Origin: Paraspadella gotoi
Lineage: Eukaryota > Animalia > Chaetognatha
DNA length: 64,000 nucleotides
Direction of reading: 5' to 3'
Assembly: GCA_051294375.1 (NCBI GenBank)
Contig: CM119264.1
Location: forward strand, 30,166,529 to 30,230,528
How positions within the stretch are numbered: the first letter of the stretch is position 1; every line of letters starts with the position of its first letter. Below the pieces are notes generated by a model. That model saw only the letters and a list, made by a program, of their open reading frames with translations, was not told the DNA's origin and did no database searches. Position numbers and translations under genes: made by a program. Below are positions 53,689-64,000 of this stretch, piece after piece.

Positions 53689-56117
53689 ATCTCATATCAA
53701 GTTTCTTCCTACGCTTTTTCTTTGATCTCTTCGTCTTTNNNNNNNNNNNNNNNNNNNNNNNNNNNNNNNNNNNNNNNNNNNNNNNNNNNNNNNNNNNNNN
53801 NNNNNNNNNNNNNNNNNNNNNNNNNNNNNNNNNNNNNNNNNNNNNNNNNNNNNNNNNNNNNNNNNNNNNNNNNNNNNNNNNNNNNNNNNNNNNNNNNNNN
53901 NNNNNNNNNNNNNNNNNNNNNNNNNNNNNNNNNNNNNNNNNNNNNNNNNNNNNNNNNNNNNNNNNNNNNNNNNNNNNNNNNNNNNNNNNNNNNNNNNNNN
54001 NNNNNCAAATTTGCCAAATGAATCGTGTGCATATATTATGCCTGTATTACTGTATTACTCGATCGTGAACTGAATTTTGTTAAACAGTTTTTTCTCGTCT
54101 GTTGCGTTTCACTAGTGGCTCCGTTGATGGTTTCGTTATCGTCGTTATCGTCGTCGTCGTCGTCGTGTTCATCGTCGTCGTCGTCGTCGTCCGATAAAGA
54201 CGGAAAGTGTCGTTTCAATTCGTGAGCCTCGACTAAAGTGAACTGTCGTCATTTGTGAAAGAAAGAAAAAACATTCATATTTCCGCTCTTTTATCTTTTT
54301 AAATGCCAAACTAGGNNNNNNNNNNNNNNNNNNNNNNNNNNNNNNNNNNNNNNNNNNNNNNNNNNNNNNNNNNNNNNNNNNNNNNNNNNNNNNNNNNNNN
54401 NNNNNNNNNNNNNNNNNNNNNNNNNNNNNNNNNNNNNNNNNNNNNNNNNNNNNNNNNNNNNNNNNNNNNNNNNNNNNNNNNNNNNNNNNNNNNNNNNNNN
54501 NNNNNNNNNNNNNNNNNNNNACGCCTTATTTCTCATTCTCGCTATCAGCATTATTGTTGTTGTCGTTGTCGTTTTCCCTTTCGGCCAACTGCAGAGCCGC
54601 CCACATGTGCGTGGTCATAGTTGGTCCTGTGGCCACAGAACCACGTATGACCAATTGTTAATCGGGGGAACTCCCTTCGCCATCTCACGTCGGCTTCCGT
54701 TTGGTCTAATTTTCTTTGACGTCTGGACTCGTGACGTCAGAGCGCGTAACCTTTTCAAGATTCATTTTTCCAATAGAGATCGACGGTTCTTGACCAATCA
54801 GAATGAATTGGCTGTGAACGAATGAAAATGGATGACTGTTGACCAAAAAGTTGGTACTAGGTTGTGAATTGTCAGTAAGTTTGAAATTCGGCGCACTTTT
54901 TCCCCATTTTTTTTCGCCAGTTAATCTTTTAAGTATTTTTTTCTGAAACTCCGGAATTAAGATTACTAAAGATACGTATTTCCATATCGAAAAATTAATT
55001 CGATTGTTTGTAAAAATGTAATAAATGAACTTTAAAGGGTTAAAATATGTCAGTCAACTATCGTTTTTCTGCTTAACTCAACGACATCTAGTAGACCTCA
55101 CCCAGTCCATGTCTCCCTTTCTTCTCTCATTCTTCTGGTTTTCCTTCGCGATTTCTCCCTAATTAAAACCGACAAGAGTCCAGCGATGAGATACCGACAA
55201 GGCCGACAAAGAGATTAGCGACCCAGTAACCGACCAAAGCCGACAAAAGGGTCCAAGCGATGAAGGAGACCCACGTTTTATTAGTCATTTCGAGCGACGA
55301 GCTGGGCGAGGAACAGAAAACCAATTTTTCTTAATCAATCAAAACGAATAAGATTGGATTGTGATGCGGCTTGGTTAGGTAAGAAAACCGAAAGCTGAAA
55401 TGGACAATCGTTTTATTTATAATATTTAAACAAGGAAAACAAATAGTTGTAATATTCTAATCTCGTGTTTTGACTTTCGTTTATATAACTACTTAAGTTA
55501 TAGAAAGATATTGAGAATAATTTTTTTTAAAGCCTTTTAGATTACGTAATGAATTTGGTACAACCAATATAAGATTTATCCATTCATTCTATATAGAATC
55601 TATAAGCTATTTAGCCCCAAACTTCGGACAGGCTATTGTGGGTTCAGGGTTTTTTCTTTATTGCAAGATGATAACAATAGTTTTAATCGTATACAATGAA
55701 AATTTGGTTTTAGACAAGAGTAGAAAACGTCCTTTGAAAAAGCCTCTTTAACAAACTAAAAAAAAAAAGAAATTTAAAATGGCGGCGTCCTCAGAACCAG
55801 CCTCGATCCGATCGAAACCTGAACGCGAAAATAAAACAAAAAAACAAAGGAACAGTACAAATCGAATAAATACAAAACAAAGAGAATAAATAAAAATAAA
55901 AAGTTTTATTTTGGTCGAATTCGATTTGAGGTTTCGACTCGTGGCGGACTCTAGCGGAAATAAATCAAATTATTTCCGGAGCAGAGAATTTTCAACAAAA
56001 GCGAAGAGTTTATAGACCGCGGGGGAAAATCCTCGCTTGGATCAGATGATGGATTGCACCTCCAAACGGGAGAAGAAAGAGGAGAAAGAGGAGAGAGAGA
56101 GAGAGAGAGAGAAGAGC

Positions 56118-56157
<40 letters not shown>

Positions 56158-56159
56158 TG

Positions 56160-59100
56160 GAAGAGATGTGAGAGAGACGAGAGAGAGTCTAACGAAAGAA
56201 AGTGAGGAAGACAAAGTTAGTGGAAGAAAGTGGGTTAAGGGTAAAAAAAAGAGAATTGGCAAGAGAAAAGGACAAAAAAAAGAAAAAGAAAAGGAAAAAG
56301 AAAAAGGAAATAAGGAAAAGGAATAATGATAACAATGATAAAAAAAGCCAAAGAATAAAAAAACAGGAAAAGGAAAACGAGATTTAACTTTGATGTTTTC
56401 TAACAAGTCGAATGAAGTCGAAAGTTTAACAAACCATCTTGTTTCTTTCTGCTATCCATTGTATAACCAAATAAACTTTGTTACGCTTCCCCCTTTGCAT
56501 AAGTAACTCATCTTTAAAACGACTCGTACTTTGATCTATTCGTATCTATCTATATAATATATGCATAGTAAGCAAGCAGAAACAAGCGCTCTCTTGTAAA
56601 GTCCTCGCCATGCGAACAAAGCACAGAAGCAGAACCGCTTGGACTCCCTCGGGCGCGAACCAAAAAAAAGCCTAAAAAAGGTAGACACCGCGTGAAGCCC
56701 GAAATTCGTTTCCATTCAGTAGAACAAAAACTTTTTCTGTCACCTGGCCGGAAGATTCTCTCTCTGCTCTCCTTCCTCCCGATCTCTCTCTGAAATCTCT
56801 CTCCCTGCTCTCTCCTCCATCTCTCTCTCTCTCTCGTCCTCTCGGGTCTTCTCTCTCTTACATTGCCCGCTTGGCGAACTAAAAAACGGATCTCCGTCGG
56901 TGTGAAGATTTCGACAACTGAAGCGTCGTTCACTGTGCGAGTGCGCGTGAATTTCACCGACGCGATAGAATTTTGCGTTGCGAAAAACGCGAATATATGC
57001 GGTTGATTTACGTGAAGGTAGGTGTGCCGTGTGCGAGTGGTGATTGCGCAGTGCGATCGATCGTGTGTTAGGGTGTGAATATACATCGCCATTGCCCGAC
57101 CGATTTTCATTCACAACCCAAGATCGCGTTGGTGAGATTCGTGTGCGGTTCCCGCGCGAACTTGTAAAATGAAGTGAACTTATGAAGATCGTGTTCTTCT
57201 GCCGATCAAAGAATCCGAGCGGAAGGTCAAAGATTCGAGAGCGAGAGGGAGAAGGTAGAGAGTAGAGAGAGAGAGGAGAGACGAGAGAGAGAAGATGAGA
57301 GAGAGAGAGAACGGGAGGAGAGAGAGAGATAGAGTAGAGAGAGGAGAGAGGCGACGAAGAAGTCGAGAATTGAAAAATAATTTTCTTTTCCCGCATGAAA
57401 AATTGTTTTTTTCTTTTCCAGTTTAACAATATTGCTTATCGTCTAGCGTCCCAAGTGACTAAATGAAATTTATATTGAAAAGATTTTTCACTTCTTTTTA
57501 TTGATATAAATATGTGAATTAAACCTTAGAATTAAAGATTAATGTTAAAGTTAAAAACAAGATCAACATGCAAAAGTTAACACATCACGAAAAACCATCT
57601 TTTTTAATTTAGTTTCTTTTATCTTTCTCTTTTTTTTATTCAATCTTGTTTATATCGCTGATTGGACTGAGCCGGCCGCCGACGCTGGGCCGCCGGTGCC
57701 GACCGATCCGAGCAAAGACAAAACACACCAACTAAAACACACCACCCACTTCTCACCACCACCCTTTCTACCGTCACGGAACCCCCCACCGCAACTTTCA
57801 AACGCTGCCTGCCTCAACGTCTTCACCAGTCACTTCGAATCCACGTGAATTCCAATAATCACTTTCAACGTGTCACGCCTCTCTCTCCCTCCCACCTATT
57901 GAAAAACAAACATTTAAGCTCCTTCTCGCTCTTCCCCTCCCTCCCATCCCCTCTCTCTCTCGCGCCCCTCTCGTCTCGGCTCTCACGGTCTCTCCTCTCT
58001 CTCCCATCCGGCGGTCTCTCCCGTCTCTCTCTTCCCTCTTCCCACCTGTCTCCCAACAAAACAACACACCAAAAAACACCCCACCCATCCTCGCCTCTCG
58101 TTCTGCTCCCGCCTCATTGCTTCTCTCGCTCTCGTCTCGTTCCATTTGCAAATTCCGGGGGAGACAACGATTCATTGTCATTCGATTAAAGAATCGTCGG
58201 AGGAGGAATACATTTTGGTTGGGAATCCGTTTTTTCCTTTCATCGGACTTTTGCCGAATGTCTCTCCATCTCTCCCCTCTCTCTCTCGCCTATCTCTCTC
58301 TCTCTCTCTCTCTCTCGTCCTTCTCTCTCTCTTCTCTCTTCTCTCTCTCTCTCTCTTTCACCGAATGTCAAACTCCGAATCTTCAACTTAACGAAAACCA
58401 AAGTCGTAACTTAGTGAACTTTTCTTTTTCTTTCGTTTACATAAAAATCAGATTATAAAAAAAAAACAAAAAAAAAAACGCCCAAACTTTTCGGTGACGA
58501 AATTTACAAACTCGATGAATTGCAGAGAATCGAGTATAACATTAACAAATCATACATAAACCAATTCCCTAACAGTTGTCCAATTCAACGCTTTTACAAA
58601 ATTGTTACTACAACCCAATATATGATTCGGCTTTTAATTTATGCATGTTCAATAATTACTACCGATCAAAAACCGTAAGGGCAGAAACTATTAACCTCGT
58701 GTTTCCAGTAATTCCAGAATACCAAAATTAACCATCCCTCTTTCCGACGCCCTTTATAACATAACAATGGTATTAAAAATTATTTGAAATATAATAACTG
58801 TTTGTATTAATTTTTCTAAAAATTTAGTTTAATGAATTAAGAGACAAGTAATTTAGTAGATTTTGAAACTTCATGCGACAAATATTTACAAACAATTGAT
58901 GGGGACAGCCAGGTACATACTAGTAGTGTGAGAGTGTGAGAGCTGTAGAGAGTCTTGATATAAGCTTACAGAGTTCTGCTATGGAATAGTCATGCTAAGA
59001 GTGATAGAGACCCTTTAAATCACGCACTAGAACGAGATCTGTTCCAAATGGTGAAAACACTTACTCTAAAAAATCAATAATTATATATTTTTGGTTTAAC

Positions 59101-59531
59101 TGTTTTCTACACAGGCTAGCTCAGATACAAAGGTAAACCAACCTGGTGAATAAAAAAACTCTAAAAATGATAAATTTAGATCCCACATTAACGTTCACGA
59201 ATTATTAATTAACACAAAGTAATAAAAACGAGATCTTTACAAAAAACTCCTTCTCCTCACCGAAACAGCGGCAAGCGACGCCTCTATCCGTCGTAACACA
59301 TGAACCGCTACAAGGCGAGGACGCGCATGCCGAGTAACAAAAGGTCGAACTGAGGTCAAGACTCTAAGCCAAAAAGAAAGCAAAACCCTTCTGCTCCCCT
59401 TTTGTTTCTCTTCTTCCGTCCTGAGACCGTAGTATTCCGGCTTTTTCTCCCCCAAAAATCCCTCACGGTTCCTCCCACCTTTAAGTCTTTGGGCTAATGA
59501 TAGTTTTGTCCTGAAATGGAAAAGAAAAACG

Positions 59532-59562
<31 letters not shown>

Positions 59563-59690
59563 CTCGTCCAATCCTCATCTTCTCTCCTCTCTCTCTCCTC
59601 TCTTCTCGGTCTCCCTCTATTTTCCTCCTCCCTCTTCCCATTAAGTGTTAAAAGTGAAAGTTATGGAATCAAAAATTTAGCAGTTATACT
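56160..59690. repeat. Copy 1 of a ~3.5 kb tandem duplication
   Basis: Identical ORF translations at a 4413-bp offset (56740 vs 61153, 57845 vs 62258). Confidence 0.95.
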
Positions 59691-60637
59691 TAAAAACTAT
59701 CATATGTAGTGCATTACTAATCTAGTTATTTTCTTGTTTTTTAACAAATATAGTCAGCTATTTTGTATATAAGCCGCTTATATACATGTCAGAAATTTCA
59801 AAAAATCGTTTTTTAATCTCGGATGACAGATTCATATTCGCTTGAGATTTCTACACAAGAGCCACAAGTATTTTTATGGTTGTTTATTTTTAACTGCTTA
59901 GTATTGCTAAATTTTGACATATTTGTCAAGAGAGTTAACCTTTTCACATCAACCTCTTACTCTCTCGCTTCCTAAAACTCTTCCTCTGCCCATCGCCGCC
60001 TAGACACGAATGCTCTCCATCATACGCCACTGGAGGGTCCCGTGGCTCATGCCCCCCTCCGCACACGCCCCCTACGACGTCTCTGCTCTCCACGTCTCTC
60101 ATCTCTATCTCTCGTCCTCATCTCTCCCTCTCTCCTCTCTCCAACACTCATCTCTCACCTCTCTCTACCCTCATCTATGCACTCTCCCTCATCTCTCCTC
60201 TCTCGTCTCTCTCCTCTTCTTCGTCTCTCGTCTCACCTCTCTATCGAAGTCCTTTTCTACATCATCGTCTCTCCTTTTGACAAATGATTGAGACGCCAGT
60301 CCTTATGCGTAAGTCCCGAAATGATGACTCTTGACTACCAATACGAGAAAGCGAAAGCAGAGAACGGCCGGAGATCGGCAACTGCTCCTCCTTCCGTACT
60401 CGTTGATTTGTCGGACACAGCGGTGGGTTCACGTCGAATGGCGGCTGCAATGTCATCGGATCGGCCTCCAATGTCGTGCATGGCCCCCTCAATGTCCTCG
60501 CGATGGCCTCGAGCACAGAATGTCGTCGATGTCCTCAAATCTCGTGATGGCCTCAGTGGTCGTCGATGGCCTCTCAATGTCCGTCGGGATGGCACATCAG
60601 ATGGGATGCTTGNNNNNNNNNNNNNNNNNNNNNNNNN

Positions 60638-62727
60638 AGAGAGAGAGAGAGAGTCTAGAAAGAAAGTGAGAGACAAATTAGGAAGAAAGGGGTTAAGGAA
60701 AAAAAAGGAGAATTGGCAGAAAAAGGAAAAAAAAAGAAAAAAGAAAAGGAAAAAGAAAAGGAAAAAGAAAAGGAATAATGATACAGATAAAAAAAGCAAG
60801 AATAAAAAAAAGCAAAGAAAAAAAAGGAAAAAAGGAAAAACGATGATTTAACTTTGATTTTCTAAAAGTCGAAAGTCGAAAGTTTAAAAACTCATCTTGT
60901 TCTTTTCGCTCCCATTGTTAAATTAACTTTTTCCTTCCTCTTTGCATAATATCACTTTAACGATCGTATTGACTATTCGTTCTATATATATATATATATA
61001 AGCAAGCAGAAACAAGCTCTGAATCCTCCCATGCGAACAAGCAACAGAAGCAACACGCTTGACGTCTCGCGACCAAAAAAAAGCCTAAAAAAGGTAGACA
61101 CCGCGTGAAGCCCGAAATTCGTTTCCATTCAGTAGAACAAAAACTTTTTCTGTCACCTGGCCGGAAGATTCTCTCTCTGCTCTCCTTCCTCCCGATCTCT
61201 CTCTGAAATCTCTCTCCCTGCTCTCTCCTCCATCTCTCTCTCTCTCTCGTCCTCTCGGGTCTTCTCTCTCTTACATTGCCCGCTTGGCGAACTAAAAAAC
61301 GGATCTCCGTCGGTGTGAAGATTTCGACAACTGAAGCGTCGTTCACTGTGCGAGTGCGCGTGAATTTCACCGACGCGATAGAATTTTGCGTTGCGAAAAA
61401 CGCGAATATATGCGGTTGATTTACGTGAAGGTAGGTGTGCCGTGTGCGAGTGGTGATTGCGCAGTGCGATCGATCGTGTGTTAGGGTGTGAATATACATC
61501 GCCATTGCCCGACCGATTTTCATTCACAACCCAAGATCGCGTTGGTGAGATTCGTGTGCGGTTCCCGCGCGAACTTGTAAAATGAAGTGAACTTATGAAG
61601 ATCGTGTTCTTCTGCCGATCAAAGAATCCGAGCGGAAGGTCAAAGATTCGAGAGCGAGAGGGAGAAGGTAGAGAGTAGAGAGAGAGAGGAGAGACGAGAG
61701 AGAGAAGATGAGAGAGAGAGAGAACGGGAGGAGAGAGAGAGATAGAGTAGAGAGAGGAGAGAGGCGACGAAGAAGTCGAGAATTGAAAAATAATTTTCTT
61801 TTCCCGCATGAAAAATTGTTTTTTTCTTTTCCAGTTTAACAATATTGCTTATCGTCTAGCGTCCCAAGTGACTAAATGAAATTTATATTGAAAAGATTTT
61901 TCACTTCTTTTTATTGATATAAATATGTGAATTAAACCTTAGAATTAAAGATTAATGTTAAAGTTAAAAACAAGATCAACATGCAAAAGTTAACACATCA
62001 CGAAAAACCATCTTTTTTAATTTAGTTTCTTTTATCTTTCTCTTTTTTTTATTCAATCTTGTTTATATCGCTGATTGGACTGAGCCGGCCGCCGACGCTG
62101 GGCCGCCGGTGCCGACCGATCCGAGCAAAGACAAAACACACCAACTAAAACACACCACCCACTTCTCACCACCACCCTTTCTACCGTCACGGAACCCCCC
62201 ACCGCAACTTTCAAACGCTGCCTGCCTCAACGTCTTCACCAGTCACTTCGAATCCACGTGAATTCCAATAATCACTTTCAACGTGTCACGCCTCTCTCTC
62301 CCTCCCACCTATTGAAAAACAAACATTTAAGCTCCTTCTCGCTCTTCCCCTCCCTCCCATCCCCTCTCTCTCTCGCGCCCCTCTCGTCTCGGCTCTCACG
62401 GTCTCTCCTCTCTCTCCCATCCGGCGGTCTCTCCCGTCTCTCTCTTCCCTCTTCCCACCTGTCTCCCAACAAAACAACACACCAAAAAACACCCCACCCA
62501 TCCTCGCCTCTCGTTCTGCTCCCGCCTCATTGCTTCTCTCGCTCTCGTCTCGTTCCATTTGCAAATTCCGGGGGAGACAACGATTCATTGTCATTCGATT
62601 AAAGAATCGTCGGAGGAGGAATACATTTTGGTTGGGAATCCGTTTTTTCCTTTCATCGGACTTTTGCCGAATGTCTCTCCATCTCTCCCCTCTCTCTCTC
62701 GTACTCTCTCTCTCTCTCTCTCTCTCT

Positions 62728-62766
<39 letters not shown>

Positions 62767-63867
62767 ACCGAATGTCAAACTCCGAATCTTCAACTTAACG
62801 AAAACCAAAGTCGTAACTTAGTGAACTTTTCTTTTTCTTTCGTTTACATAAAAATCAGATTATAAAAAAAAAACAAAAAAAAAAACGCCCAAACTTTTCG
62901 GTGACGAAATTTACAAACTCGATGATGCAGAGAATCGAGTATAACATTAACAAATCATACATAATCCTAATTCCCTAACAAGTTGTCCAATTCAACCTTT
63001 TACAAAATTGGTACTACAACCAATATATGTTCGGCCTTTTAAATATTATGATGTTTCAATAATTGACTACCTATCAAGAAACCTAGGGCAGAAAATATTT
63101 TTAACCTCGTGTTCCAGTAATTCCAGAATACAAAATTAACATCCCTCTTCCCTTTATAAATAAAATGTATTAAAATTTATTTGAAATATAATTAACTTTG
63201 TATAATTTTTCTAAAATTTAGTTTAATGAAGTAAAACAAGTAGTTTAGTAATTTTGAAACTTCATACAAATATTTAACAATTGATGGGGAAGCCAGGTAC
63301 ATACTAGTAGTGTGAGAGTGTGAGAGTGTGAGAGAGTCTTGATATAAGCTTACAGAGTTCTGCTATGGAATTATCATGTAAGAGTGATAGAGACCTTAAA
63401 TCACGCTAGACGAGTCTGTCCAAAGTGTGAAAACATTACTTAAAAAATCAATAATTTATATTTTTGTTGTACTGATTTTCTACACAGCAGTCAGATAAAA
63501 GCGTTTAACACCGGTAAGTAAAAAAATCTAAAATGATAGATTTAATCCACATTAAAGTTCACAATTATTATTAACACAAAGTAAATAAAAAAATCCTTAC
63601 AAAAAACTCCTCTCTCTCACGACCGCAGCGACCTCTATCCGTCGTAAAAGTGAACCGCTAAAGCGACGCCATCCGAGTAACAAAAGGTCAAGAGGTCAAG
63701 ACTCTAAGCAAAAAGAAAGCAAAACCCTTTCGCTTCCCTTTTGTTTCTTCTCTGTCCGTCCGTCCGTAGATCCGGTTTTTCCCGCCAAAAAAGTCCCTTC
63801 ACGGTTCCTCCCACTTTAAGTCTTTTGGCTAATGAAGTTTTGTCCTGAAATGGAAAAGAAACGTCTC

Positions 63868-63917
<50 letters not shown>

Positions 63918-64000
63918 TCTCTCTCTCTGTCTCTCTATTTTTCCCCTCCCTCTCCATTAAGGTAAAGTGAAAGTTTGGAATCAAAATTTAGCAGTTATAT
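60638..64000. repeat. Copy 2 of the tandem duplication, starting right after a 25-N gap
   Basis: The core is essentially identical to copy 1; the flanks differ mainly by indels. Confidence 0.95.

Noticed and set aside
51181-53725. Ser/Ile/Phe-rich ORFs
   Set aside because: Translations of TCG, ATC, TTTTC and TCT low-complexity tracts, partly spanning N gaps.
56550-57429. 186-aa and 229-aa minus-strand ORFs (duplicated at 60957-61842)
   Set aside because: Overlapping frames extended by AG repeats, non-ATG starts and no domain; more likely UTR or intergenic.

Overview
Repeat-rich eukaryotic (probably invertebrate animal) genomic DNA from an error-prone, gap-filled assembly, with N gaps, indel-noisy stretches and duplicated segments next to 25-N gaps. 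Most ORFs in the track are translations of microsatellites. Supported content: (1) a full-length, frameshifted BEL/Pao LTR retrotransposon on the minus strand (~41.9-50.3 kb) with both LTRs and a CCTGAG target-site duplication; (2) three phase-consistent exons of an Ig-superfamily gene (~30.1-31.8 kb, +); (3) a disrupted two-exon XK-related-like membrane protein gene (21.4-24.8 kb, -); (4) several MITE, solo-LTR and minisatellite repeats; (5) large inverted and tandem duplications that are probably artefacts. The main hidden signal is at 25.0-27.1 kb: two related non-coding fold-back elements, each with a minimal type-I hammerhead ribozyme at both ends on opposite strands (3 with intact cores, 1 decayed). 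Stem sequences differ between the two elements but still pair, and the ACAUGU palindrome is conserved. This fits non-autonomous Penelope-like (pLTR) elements. All alignments were done by eye, and no database searches were run.
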